From the IMG/VR virus record IMGVR_UViG_3300043607_000039, positions 1 through 64,000 of that record: DNA of 64,000 nucleotides, one strand, 5' to 3'. The DNA is from a virus. The notes beneath the pieces are model-generated. The model did not search any database, was not told the origin of the DNA, and saw nothing but the letters and a program-made list of their open reading frames with translations. The position numbers and the translations under genes were made by a program. The stretch's first letter is position 1, and each line of letters begins with the position of its first letter. This document shows, piece after piece, positions 19,901 to 25,917 of this stretch.

Positions 19901-22612
19901 CTTCCCTTCGCTGTGCTCACCGTCTAGTCCGCGCGGTGCCACATATCCATAGATAGGCCTGCGTTCAGCAGGAAGGTCCTTGGGGAGGCCAAACGCCATT
20001 TCTTCGAAGTCTGCACGCAGGGCCTTGTCGACGTATCCGCCGTCACTTGTTCCAGTCTCGTGCTGAGTCTTCATGCGACCGCTGGCGAGAATGTCCCGAA
20101 GGCTTGACTCACTGCTGCGGCGAACGACGATCGGCTTGCCTGGGGCCGTAGCTCGGCGAATGGCCTTTGTGGCCTTCTCCTGCATCTCGGGCGTCGCGCC
20201 CGCGTACTGGTCGACCCACGTCTTCCGGTCGTTAACTTGTTCCTTCACCAGGTGGTTGTAAATTCCCCGGTGCTCCTCGAAGAACTTCTTCAGTTCAGGA
20301 ACCCGACCAAAGAGCAATTGGGCATGCAGGTTGTCGTCGAACTCGTCGCCAATAATCACCGGCGGCCGTTCAATGCGGATCAGTTCACGCATCTTGTCGA
20401 TCTCGGCCTGGGGCACGCCCTGCTCGGCTGCGATCCTGTCAAGATCGAAGGCGGGTGCAGTGCCCGCCTTACGTGGCGCCGGAGCCGCCTTGGCCGCCTT
20501 CGCCGGCTCGGGTGCGGGAGCCTTCTCCGCGGCCGGTAGGGACTTCGTGGGCGTCTTCTTCGGCGACTTGACCGGGGTGGGCTTCTGGGGGCCCGCCTCT
20601 GCCAACTCGTCCGCGACGCCGTCAAGTTCGTCAGCCTCGCTCAGGCTAATGTCACGCAGCTCGGTCTCGCTGCGATCTCCCTGATCGTCCAGGTCCCCCA
20701 GTGCCAGGCCGTTTTCGCGTAGGTCCTTCGCCCGGACGCGGAGCCGGTCGATGACAGCGTCACGATCCTTACCGGCCGACAGGTCCCGCTTGGCTCCGGC
20801 AATCGCCTCGTCGCCGGCCACAGTGCTGGTCCGGGCACCGCCGAGGGTGTCCAGGTCGACCCGGCGCTGCTCCTCGCGCTCCTTGCTCTGCGCGATCATG
20901 CGCCGTTCGACGTCGGCGTCTGGTGCCGCAGGAGCTTCAGCTGGGGCAGTCTTCTTGGCTGCGGCCCTGGTCTCCAGGCGCTCACGGGCGACAGCTACTT
21001 CCGGTGCCTCGGGAGCGGCAGCCTTCTTGGCTGGCGCGGCCTTGGCCGCCTTCGCTGGAGCTGGGGCCTCAGGAGCCTCGGCGGGAGTCGCCTTGGCGGG
21101 CGCGGCCTTGGCTGCCTTCTTCGCTGCCTTCTTGGCGGGAGCTGGCGCCTCTGGGGCGCCTCCCTCCGCCTCCTGCTTAATCTGTCGCGCCTGCGACTGG
21201 ATCCGGGTCTCGTCGTCGTTGCGCGGGTAGCCCGGTTCCTTGCTCAGTTCCGCATCTCGCCGGACGACCGCCTTCTTCTGGACATCGGTCATGTCGGCAA
21301 TGGAGTCAGGTGCGCGCTTGACAGCCCGCTTCTTTGGAGTCGGGGCCGCAGCAGCAGGAGTTGTCCCGGCACCAGGCTGCTGGTCCATGAGCTGCTTGAT
21401 CAGCTGCTGGTTCAGCTTGATCTGCTCCAATTGCGACTTGGTCAGTTGCTCCTGGGCGCGCATGACGCGCTCCTGCTGCCGGTCAACGATGGCCTGCTGG
21501 GCGGCAACCCGCTTCTGCTCCTGCTCAAGTCGAGCCTCTTCTGGGCTCAGGACCTGCTTGGACGGGCGAGGTGTGATCTTCTCCCGGGGGGCGATTTCCT
21601 CGCCGGGCTGCACGACCTTGCCCGCGCCGAGAGGGACCTCTCCCCCGGACTCCTCGATCGCCTTGGCTGGGCTCGGGCCAGGTGGGCCGGCAGGCGCAAC
21701 AGGAGCTGGCGTATGAGCCGGAAGTCCCTGCTCGCCAGGGGCTGGCGTACCCGACGGGGGCAGCGGCTTCGGGATCGGCTGCCCGTCAGCGTCCAAGCCC
21801 CGCTTGGCCAGCTCCTCGGGAGTGGCCTCAATGGCCGGAGACTTCTCGCTCTCGGGAAGTTCGGCGCCCAGGCTCCGGGGAGCAACACCACTACCCTGCC
21901 TTGGCATGGCCGTGGCGTAGATGTAGGTACCGCCGTGCCCGTCCTTCTCCACCTTCATGATCTGAAGGGGCTGATCCTTGTCCAGGATGACCGACGTGAA
22001 GCCATCGCCAACAACGACGGCGTCAGTGCCGCGAGGGGCCAGGATCGACCAGGTGACATGGGGACCTGTGGTCTGGCGGGGTGAGCCGAGGTTGGTGGCC
22101 GAGAACGCTTTGTTGCTGACGAGCTTGCCGGTCCACTCCTCGATCTCGTCCATGCGCTCAGGAGGTAGGCCAAACTGCTGACCGTCGCCAACCCAGGTGA
22201 GGAGCATGTCCGCCGGCAGCGGCTCCATCATCGCGCTGATGTCGTTGATCTCGTCAGCGGGACCTTCGACCTTGCCCTTGGCGCCCTTGTCCTTGGGGTC
22301 ATAGCCGGCCCACATGGACTGGGTGATGCTGTCGTAGCCCTCAGGCGTGTAGAACTTTGTGATCGACTCGTTCTGCCGCTGCGTACGGGGCTTTGTCTTT
22401 ACCGCCCGCAGGTAATTGCCGGCGTGCTTATCGGACCTGAACTCAGCGGCATCGAAATGCTTCAGAATTCGGTCGACGATACCCATAGCGCGAGCACCAA
22501 GGCGCCAGCTATTCCGGAACCGACCGTGGCTGTCCCTTGGGTGCAGCTCGGCTTTCCAGTTCGCTACGTCGACTGCAAAGTCCGACGAACTGTCCCACGG
22601 GTCGACGGCCAC
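4955..22612 (-). CDS. Giant (5,885 aa) polyvalent protein: degenerate ART, 2x DUF3626-like, RyR-like, ART, GrpE-like, PI3/4K/HipA-like kinase, GNAT-like, zincin metallopeptidase
   Basis: HPRDSHGRF N-terminal motif; RPIYGY/YVEAQIH twice; LYRG..GNGTY..GYDAI..YVILN; DRHNNN..FDN; HEFGH..YATSDPQEDYAES; PAKKA linkers. Confidence 0.85.
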   Translation of the reverse strand: MAVDPWDSSSDFAVDVANWKAELHPRDSHGRFRNSWRLGARAMGIVDRILKHFDAAEFRSDKHAGNYLRAVKTKPRTQRQNESITKFYTPEGYDSITQSMWAGYDPKDKGAKGKVEGPADEINDISAMMEPLPADMLLTWVGDGQQFGLPPERMDEIEEWTGKLVSNKAFSATNLGSPRQTTGPHVTWSILAPRGTDAVVVGDGFTSVILDKDQPLQIMKVEKDGHGGTYIYATAMPRQGSGVAPRSLGAELPESEKSPAIEATPEELAKRGLDADGQPIPKPLPPSGTPAPGEQGLPAHTPAPVAPAGPPGPSPAKAIEESGGEVPLGAGKVVQPGEEIAPREKITPRPSKQVLSPEEARLEQEQKRVAAQQAIVDRQQERVMRAQEQLTKSQLEQIKLNQQLIKQLMDQQPGAGTTPAAAAPTPKKRAVKRAPDSIADMTDVQKKAVVRRDAELSKEPGYPRNDDETRIQSQARQIKQEAEGGAPEAPAPAKKAAKKAAKAAPAKATPAEAPEAPAPAKAAKAAPAKKAAAPEAPEVAVARERLETRAAAKKTAPAEAPAAPDADVERRMIAQSKEREEQRRVDLDTLGGARTSTVAGDEAIAGAKRDLSAGKDRDAVIDRLRVRAKDLRENGLALGDLDDQGDRSETELRDISLSEADELDGVADELAEAGPQKPTPVKSPKKTPTKSLPAAEKAPAPEPAKAAKAAPAPRKAGTAPAFDLDRIAAEQGVPQAEIDKMRELIRIERPPVIIGDEFDDNLHAQLLFGRVPELKKFFEEHRGIYNHLVKEQVNDRKTWVDQYAGATPEMQEKATKAIRRATAPGKPIVVRRSSESSLRDILASGRMKTQHETGTSDGGYVDKALRADFEEMAFGLPKDLPAERRPIYGYVAPRGLDGEHSEGKLDQYGDIRVVLKDSVRPRTTVSAGDSLDRRKELTPMPIDNPDYRAAQPAAAKYNDLGDPQFQQLTYVEAQIHDGVSNDDIEEVLFPREPEPATIAALEKAGIPWRVAPPGGTKKATPAKATPAATEAPAVREPTPETPAKKAAPAKAVASRSTPAERARARRVETKAARLQEGWRKTFEQQWMEERAAGKEGREGPPERLKPTTDKAWIEAHGTDQVDIYNTPYAELPDDWKQENRDAAKVVEDILEKHGGTVDLTDEKTRLEVGEAVHAAWLSRHGEEDWVKGGELDKPFAELSPLEQKKDIDQVYIAMGRRPPAVKKAAPAKAAPVKKISAAAPAAKLLPPLANGTQRKSMTNVEVGDVVRGGSGSDKSKLGIPRKVTKVERDGNRIKITRDDGSWLAGFPNTAVWLGDESAPAAKKAAPAKAAKAAPVKAARAVGQRPSTRNDNKLFEDFPEPAQKLIRARVAEIVAEEPSRTTHAAWRDAMAEFLSPISAGKIAVDTNDPDVKYEIRRRPGQTGFQVVRTDRKSTLSEPVGGAYPTPGAARKAAEAEAKKGFPETPAPKPAAVAKKAAPAVEKAAGTAEGKLTARRLQPGVRVLLEKGADGKWRPTTRKTNVTPFEVVGQGVSSRPRAVALTLRNDDGDQVELHPSASQTFILEPEGGVKVPAKVAKAAAPAKVAKAAKAAAPSTSDRDADLEGKTYAQLLDAAQKEGVQSPRRFNKEALKQQIVTRRSEGSVEAGSPVDVNNRLKALGLPTSRAALKGIASGKIPGESRMTSDQYKAEFLRRMEVGGFERELAEDAPRLRPAKAAAAAPEVTVPQLDREGITRLTPDQLVQAVGDGEVSKSDALQHLRARISRRRKEADYRDLTGQREKDLTPAEAAQRKRMINDVAGMYRAIERVKVSGTVHDRDRAPETSEAPRPQRPIIKRAAAKALKAAPPKKVSQDKLTDDQRDALAPENLRKAADTLGIQIEGKDQDEKLTDLMRYIALHDVDDQAKRAERRQLRTMTREAKGLRKDSEANERFGPGGPDHVDVRQLARDGRINMADLAAYSDVAQARLNTGSSPTQVADMLERFVGDMRTQNTILNGDWGRDGVDLPESYWRGKARTHDREKNRIDQLQKLADKIRARDAGRPAPAKAAPAKATKATKGAKKAAPAKKANLGEALTEAAAPRRTAAEVDDRLKALGLPTDRKELEDSASIKVPGAMGLTDEDYKASLLRRLEARTAAGGEGVEAPRLRAAKAAAPTVAAPSREGRVRDNGKIPNGKLLKGDRVLVAPAEDGRWRPAVRQGGSKPITVDRVEQVGNRLKVVVGHDDDGNEVRVDNANNAVGGIGLPSQQTFIMEREGRTSAKKAAPARAPAAQLNENDTVLNDLSAKKITKAAAVQQLRGLDTPESRQLADELETGPDVVSRRDIRPGDVVMGEDREQHTVGEVVGRTLLDRQGKPIDALGRGDVIRMSKGEGGEEAAPAGPAPRARRVTRPKNPAQIRKDLSAATTPEARQKVLDDLGPMNKTQWRVLAKQLGIVSAGRDDEAGVQAKIVRHFTPKHPDRAVAGHVIPTRARKALLERKTTKERQDYLDSLELSQSEARELARDLGVRGQDRSNVDQIKEKINNGFAPVEEPEVAAPAAARIPRGPIKDPIARAKAWGAEHDYKGRVGGWIFGPGGKDTKYQGWQSLYEGRKAEIDKWERDRLKARDTALLERDEARVAKKTAPAAAKQTPLAELRDRASKAGIAGRSRMTRKDLEEALAKHDRGETEAPTPTKVTRAAAKKAAPAVQSQAKRDFVPSTPGLSMKDEHWLMRNHQENPDGGEVLRDADPIPPQLRKLGLVKTRVRGGKRESILTDDGKAALVRAIPAQKARMDRLHAKQDADRIKNRTEIEAQNRSVAVVVDGIVNPTNLRQALVDAHGPAARQRVLDNVEKQLKQAQTGRAQYRDLPVATWRSLAGRNGLGIKGLAQSDKKAIHAAIIQHFADADAARKADLRAKKVETKDLTEGAGTARSIVDSAIADPHFRRRAGWGSGLTKELETDRGGDLLGEKLAERQGFDALPEVVSRDEFEARRKDMGTILYRGIDTAGRDGGFGEQFKGKPASEVHDEFREGRYHMGNGSFGNGTYMTKNKQHATGYSDLTEGAVARYGLAKDAKIAELPDLIEEHNAYVATLDEDSPEMQLLGNDIGRYAMARGYDAIHVPRGSQCVGCPAEGAKDQYVILNRGKIIAEAPGDKRTVAQARRDIAAAKKADTSTEGQLARVLPQKEVPAKKATPLPAVEAPIRTFDLDEMTDGQKDFTPRDKARLEGYQKQLDEGVSPRDIARDIDQYVNGAASPFYRAMILRQLGEDRDSRLVPQPPEYWAQRDREEAALVAEGSRWAALRDKLKVLRKPSQRISAPPTKATGRAKKAAPAAKEVEWSVEPGEGFIKDITFYRNSDLGYITEFPPDEDNPKHSYKAYKADMGGKASFPTLQQAKDWMEGRDTTTMGEFEPGQRGYEPPPGQSVSELREALDAAIARRGRAFEAEGQAGYDRETPHVNEAGLKLKSAAGLQEKTRKRISEAVPKPRNKADRDADAVAERISRSGQAGTGYRIPGWLDGLTPEQRRRVGSRLGMSNMTAVKDEDLNDTILRTLNFERPKATPAAPERPVKITRAAAKKATAADLQAPETQRARQYLLGNGDGMLEEADVQAEMDRLEAQDAEDLRRLAGRPVDESEKLTRDSVKLTRDSTGDGGIMHGDSPAMKLAQRLAHRGRNGSANKVMDMRADYSGPNSRDPEASQRAVDELRLMRLEEQDPAIRELYDEALSKMDAPERPVPDLPEDTPPLARKLIEDLNRIPLARRPESVNDGDERKSAVEQLAEAFREISDGEPRASDKIRKILRRYHESRDGAYSMWKLDPEAGNNDALSKEIRTWRMDRYRQHQAGEVPAKPEFAGIGRNALPKDGSGSSTPRFEPPATVANPKSNWGKARDNVRFKWSAAHGRPANLDQVDRVYTADSPDDAKQFLDRLSDQKLEDIADAASIPVLSSMDRDTRIDRIIKGIREPEGGAPAAPMKAAAPAAPQAVRAVPAGGPSTDLSREDQARVRRLIRQDPQIYATVQDRHGRVATSGNLGKEDAEWLDDVHKREPAFVEHVAQETQIRRRLDKDAKAAGDTPAAYRAKVAARLKEKFADKPIAVRVRDEDALDDILSNGRFKTQFDRGARRAPGLDSSPERRRLGEHVLGTPVDTAPDKRPVYGYVAVNGVEPALPGGRKISGISQREGQEDSLSPYGRVQVILKPDVRSRTTASVGDSLDELPFVRPSPVDNPSADSLGINKLDAMDSPDWTRSHYVEAQIHGGVTKDDIAEVVFPEQPSPAIAKKLDDAGIPYRVLGRDGETSAPSAAPVKKAAPTKKAAAPKQLTQKEAYSAPPEELAKAADEGRISRRAAAIQIRRRAGAVQTEGYSTDASDVERRRAADLETDRIRALADRVEDGDGPVVVREGTLRPGEPRKGDRELPPRPVEKADVPSESQLTQPSPDATENARKRLQAREAGARRQRAGGTAQLASELEQIIAARRNDRSQAEFRTAVADRLKKTPVGDIDNKSDHNTQGYEDLRKTLKVSDNDTAAKFQARLRKHLESRGITVDGNDGDQVTYDPDKHDLLDGASVQPGELAEIHTPGMYFNDKAPAAPAPRAGVVADPEKWNSGDGVPTSIFLGAESKLGRGVPSNSLAELDRSVRTEDQHHKVPDAYKRTDAALAGAGVGPDERPRKQLREWYESTFKENKDVTPEATESTVVTLQRPVLRSVRGGGDGDLSSRPTPTPDKPFADVETRRSVIGDNYHAGFELLRDFNSSDRAAYLTPRGLDRADTLSRKLRPNELRDVADALHLENTKGDKFDVLRNKVMKDIRRRLGIAEPFGQERREQLESKTMRELLDELPPGMKKPSSITKPQLIDMIVGDGPVGDHHVDLDPEVQALKDAFDAGLTDRSYISTGSMGQVARVEGPDGKKIIRKRMSSDWFMSGEQQADGEQLTSELGRRTGAPQAAVYRPTDRTVFMDEIQGTQAEKHTPEEIDAAVHTPEGRRMAILDAIAGNSDRHNNNWMIVDGRPVGFDNSLAFDDEPKYGPDGEILPDGNHFNDPFRAAYPYRSLETKDTMGVTLITGGQWLDRNEFTTAELTDVRKELEAMKPQFQRLDREAWYDAAHGRLEALIKRASDAPGAPGARAAKKAAPAKATTRAPRVPEGPAVAAARARLEGVDAEKKAKLTKALNRDQKAELRTLTPGQRNEYWRERLGRREVDHDTAVDRATPSDGVSAPTPAAKKAAPAKKPNVRTKAGQRQVIESAIDEALRVGDGLDGPAAAMYVDRMGGRGSPKDVLEGIRDRIRAGEATTDFDSVEYTMNRMTDAWKNNGVIDPATGRYKSPFSDDQSDEYQEFVEAKTRIRKLFTDVLDSIRASKPDGRSTESPRLREPEGPQVKLTDKATVRELAANGFDDDGQKYLSDMPEAQRQAITSAFDVDDDGKSFRVDPERSFVYKDIDGNPVIRVEGDVKDGDGGIVGGFRRVLYPATGTVHNDMFALEKAQQQQGLSTRFNDQQDRRLADLGFTRATISPAFNGGLASARRDFRWQTDRRGAAGDVPSRIGQAFSRATPEEREVLSGWLDRFVEQDMKDWPTPKEISDQGELGRSIMNGSSWSGEKQLGTGDRPKIAAPRRPSLLERIARPASSAVPASSSRAITGRLGGDRTVDSILEEDTWPQGTNVRDLTLSVGYKVGSGTAWRRNGVVYVVEHGDTPEERQRAAVGVNRLIAHANNLPPGASRYQRSYVMVQGGHPREGQWQEKWGLLGPDQEPLRTAASASFGNTIVWHDGEGSGDHLDGDLNHEFGHNVDTTSPVYGSQSAAWVKAATKSPNPNERITDFKPTKASEFESTFPRGNFTYGVTPYATSDPQEDYAESIRLYMLGVVGTGTLTNGSGWSGDVYFRDLFPERAAVLDKLFPELAEQQRADIARARG

Positions 22613-22630
22613 TTGTAGTGACCCCTTCTA

Positions 22631-22864
22631 CTATTCGCTGTTGTCAGTGACCTCTTTAAAGCGATTGCCATACTGGGCGTATAGCTCTCCCTCGGGAGTT
22701 ATTTTGATTCCGGTAGCGCTGCCAGGCACATAGTCCTCTTCGGTGTCGCCACCCATTAGAACAAACTGGGCCAGTGCAAAGCTACGTTCATCCAGCTCGC
22801 GCGCCTCATCGAGGCGCGCGAGCCGTGCCATACGGGCGGCAATTTCGCTGTCGGGAAGACTCAT
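22631..22864 (-). CDS. Small helical head-module protein (77 aa)
   Basis: Start moved to ATG 22864; EIAARMARL resembles ELAARLERW in the upstream gene product. Confidence 0.55.
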   Translation of the reverse strand: MSLPDSEIAARMARLARLDEARELDERSFALAQFVLMGGDTEEDYVPGSATGIKITPEGELYAQYGNRFKEVTDNSE

Positions 22865-22868
22865 GCAA

Positions 22869-23987
22869 TTACCGGTCGCTGTTTTGGGCGAAAATCGGGT
22901 CACCCGACTTGGCGTACTGGTCCAACTGGGTCCGTTCCTCGTCCAACGAGGCCAGCATGGAGGCCCGACGGTCCTGGTTGTGACGCTCCAGGTCCTCATC
23001 GATTTCCTTCCACCGCTCCAGTCGGGCGGCCAGCTCGTTGCCGTCATCCATCACGTCGTCGGCCGGGAACTCCGGAACCTCGGTTTCGCTCTCCATGCTG
23101 AACTCACCTTCACTGGTGTCCTCGTCCTCCAGGCCAACGACGCCAACGGCCATGAGGCTGAATGCACGGTTCTCCTGCTCCCGGTACACCGGGAATCCAG
23201 GGTTGTTCACGGCGAGAGCTGCGATCAGCTCCAGGTTGCCGTTAACGCTGCGCCAGTCACCCGACAGGGCGGCGGCGCGGAACTCGGCCACCTTCTCTGG
23301 GGTCATCGTCGTGGTGAGGGCGCCATTGATCCAGATGCCGTGCCGGTCCTCACCGACGTTCACGACGGCCGCGGCCCAGCCGGTGTTGTCGTAGTGCTCG
23401 CGGCTGGGCATGATGCCCCACCGCTCGTTGGCATGACCGGTACCCAGGGTGATCTTGCCGATGGGGGCCGAGCTGCCGTCGTCGCAGACCACAGTGCCGA
23501 CGCGGAACAGCTGGTAGTTGGTCCTGGTCTTCGGGGCCATGACGCACTGGGTGCCAATGCCGACGTGGCAGACCTTCCACTGGGCCAAGTGGCCGAAGAC
23601 GTGACCGTCCTCGTCGATAGTCAACCGGGTCGGACCCTTGAGGCCAGGATCGGCGAACCAGCCAGCCGGCGGAGCTAACGGAGCCGCGCCTGCCATCAGG
23701 GACGGTCGACTGGGCATGCTCGGCATGCTGGGCATTCCTCCTCCGTAGGCCATCTCGCCGGCATCGTCAGACGTCTCGACGCCGTACTTCTTGAGCGCGG
23801 TCTGAATCCGGCCCTTGATTTCCTTGAGCTGTTCGGGGGTGTACTTGGCCGCATTCTTGGCCACGTTGATGTAGCTCCACGCGGCCCGGCAATGCGCTTC
23901 CGTGTCCAACGGGTAGCGCTTCTTGCCATCGTCCTGGTAGCCAGGGTCGGCGTACTTCACGTCGCCGTACGGTTCCTTGTCAGCCAT
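22869..23987 (-). CDS. Capsid maturation protease-like protein 2 with DUF6582-like N-terminus
   Basis: YADPG..RYPLD..RAAWSYI N-domain; GHLAQW..CH and LSGDWR..LAVNNPGF. Confidence 0.65.
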   Translation of the reverse strand: MADKEPYGDVKYADPGYQDDGKKRYPLDTEAHCRAAWSYINVAKNAAKYTPEQLKEIKGRIQTALKKYGVETSDDAGEMAYGGGMPSMPSMPSRPSLMAGAAPLAPPAGWFADPGLKGPTRLTIDEDGHVFGHLAQWKVCHVGIGTQCVMAPKTRTNYQLFRVGTVVCDDGSSAPIGKITLGTGHANERWGIMPSREHYDNTGWAAAVVNVGEDRHGIWINGALTTTMTPEKVAEFRAAALSGDWRSVNGNLELIAALAVNNPGFPVYREQENRAFSLMAVGVVGLEDEDTSEGEFSMESETEVPEFPADDVMDDGNELAARLERWKEIDEDLERHNQDRRASMLASLDEERTQLDQYAKSGDPIFAQNSDR

Positions 23988-24005
23988 GTCCTTTATCCCT
24001 GCCGC

Positions 24006-25196
24006 TCAGTAGCCGCACTTGGCACAGAAGCCGTCGTCATTCATGTGGCACCCGTCAGCCCCATACGGGTCCTTTTCTTCGTTCATGCTCCGCACGACAT
24101 CGGCCGGTGGAGTTGGTCCGAATGTAATGGTCACATTCTGGACCGGAGCTGAGTAGCCCCCGATGGTGAAAGTGTTCGTGCCTGTTTCTACTGCCGATAG
24201 CGACATAACTCCTCCTTGCTCCTCCAACTCGGCGATGCGGTCAGTGCAGCCGCAGTCTTCGTCGGTCTCAATAGACGCCTGATCCTGACGAAGACCTTCT
24301 TGGAACGGTGACGTCAGGTTGGGATCGTTGAACGCCCCAGCCATCGCCCCGTACAGCTCGTTGATGACCGGGATCATCTGCTGCTTGTCTGCGTCCGGGA
24401 TGTTCGGCAGACCGCCATGGGCACCGGAGAGCAACGCCGCCGCGGAGTAGACGGCGTGATAGATCAGGTACAGCTGGCCGTTGATGACGTCGGCCAGTGG
24501 GAGCCGGAAGGAGTCCTGAGCCAGAGAGTCACCGGCCTGGTTGCCGTTGCGCCACAGAAAGGCCGAGGCGTACCGATCCAAACTGGGCTCGCGGCTGCCG
24601 ATGCCGGCCCAGTAGGCGATCCGCTTCACGGCGTCGTCGGCGTCGAACTTGTACTCGCGCGGGGCCAGTGGCCACTGCTTCCACGAGTCCGCATTGACGT
24701 CGAAGTGGTAACCCCAGTCCTCGGTGTCGATGCCAGCGGAGGCGAGGATGGTGCGCTCATCGTCGTTGTCGACCGACATGTGCACCTGATGGAAGGCGGG
24801 CATCGGGACCAGTGTCACGCCGATGACGTTGTACTCCTTGAACAGTCCGGCCTTCTTCTCCGGGCGCAGCGGGTGCTTCACCGCTTCAACCGTGAAGTCC
24901 CGATCCAGGTCCACCGACGGTCCCATGACCTTCTGCTGGAGCATGTAGATCGCCTTCGGGACCTCGGGCACCTGCTCGGGGTCCAGGAACACGCCCTCAC
25001 CCCAGTAGCCGCCGGGACCGTCAAAGACCCGGTCGACGCGACCCACCACTGTGGCCCCGTCGTGGCCCCCAGAGGAGAACCGGGCTAACAGCGGAAAGGG
25101 GGTGGGGCGGTGGGTGAGCTTCCCGGCCGCGAACATCCGACCGTCACCGGTAGGCACCTCGGTCGGGGCTAATAAACCCCTCCATTTGACCGTCAT
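24006..25196 (-). CDS. Capsid maturation protease
   Basis: TGDGR, GHDGA..VG, PSVD and TLVPMPAF prohead-protease motifs. Confidence 0.75.
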   Translation of the reverse strand: MTVKWRGLLAPTEVPTGDGRMFAAGKLTHRPTPFPLLARFSSGGHDGATVVGRVDRVFDGPGGYWGEGVFLDPEQVPEVPKAIYMLQQKVMGPSVDLDRDFTVEAVKHPLRPEKKAGLFKEYNVIGVTLVPMPAFHQVHMSVDNDDERTILASAGIDTEDWGYHFDVNADSWKQWPLAPREYKFDADDAVKRIAYWAGIGSREPSLDRYASAFLWRNGNQAGDSLAQDSFRLPLADVINGQLYLIYHAVYSAAALLSGAHGGLPNIPDADKQQMIPVINELYGAMAGAFNDPNLTSPFQEGLRQDQASIETDEDCGCTDRIAELEEQGGVMSLSAVETGTNTFTIGGYSAPVQNVTITFGPTPPADVVRSMNEEKDPYGADGCHMNDDGFCAKCGY

Positions 25197-25197
25197 C

Positions 25198-25917
25198 TCA
25201 TGCCTTCCGAATGATCAAATCGCAGCGGCAGTTGCAAACCAAATCCGGCGGAGCCGTGGGATCGCCGGGATAGAGCATTTCAACGCCACCGACAATGAAT
25301 GGCTGGCCTAGCGACTTCAGGTCGTGGTTAACTTCGCGATGTGCGGTGCGCTCCTTGCCGTCCATCGTCGTCAGCCACTCCTTGACCAGGGAATCATTGC
25401 CATTCTTCTGGACCAGTAGACCATGCGCCAGAGCGGACGCATTCCGGTTCCTTGTCGTCTCAGTAATGGCAATCAGGCGGGCTCGACCATCCCAGTTCTC
25501 GGAGCCGGTGTAGGTCAGGACGCTATCCACGCGTTCAGCGATCTGAGCCGTGGATTCGCCGGCATTGGTGCCCTCGAAGATTTCCTTCACAATCTTGGCG
25601 TGCGTCTCGTCCGGAATCCGGACCAATAGGTTGTTGGTCATTGCTAAATTGGCCTGGATGTACGGGTCATTCGGGTCGTACTCGCCGGGGAGGTGGGCCG
25701 CCGCCCACCCCTCGCGCAAAGCCGGCGTCAACGCCTCCAGGATCTTGTCGACCTGGGCCTGCCACAACGGCACAGTGGCGTAGATGGCGGTCGGGTCCGG
25801 CACCGCCTGGAACGACTTCCAAGGCGACATGACCACTTCACGGGCGCGACCGAGCCACCGCTTCAGCCCGTCCTTGGCTGCACGGTAGACAGACTCCTCG
25901 GCGTCCCTACTAGCCAT
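25198..25917 (-). CDS. MuF-like minor head protein
   Basis: RARLIAITE, K.W.T..D..R..H, YPGDP..NCRC. Confidence 0.9.
   Translation of the reverse strand: MASRDAEESVYRAAKDGLKRWLGRAREVVMSPWKSFQAVPDPTAIYATVPLWQAQVDKILEALTPALREGWAAAHLPGEYDPNDPYIQANLAMTNNLLVRIPDETHAKIVKEIFEGTNAGESTAQIAERVDSVLTYTGSENWDGRARLIAITETTRNRNASALAHGLLVQKNGNDSLVKEWLTTMDGKERTAHREVNHDLKSLGQPFIVGGVEMLYPGDPTAPPDLVCNCRCDLIIRKA

Noticed and set aside
4955-22612. Tape measure protein call for the giant ORF
   Set aside because: It lies in the head module and has enzyme motifs and low-complexity linkers, not tape-measure helical repeats.
5477-22733. Numerous plus-strand ORFs over the giant gene, and similar shadows at 31110, 44956, 48904, 58358 and 60979
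   Set aside because: Antisense or off-frame shadows typical of high-GC coding DNA.
22860-22900. Programmed frameshift joining 22869..23987 to the 77-aa gene
   Set aside because: No in-frame X XXY YYZ slippery site; a separate ATG is sufficient.
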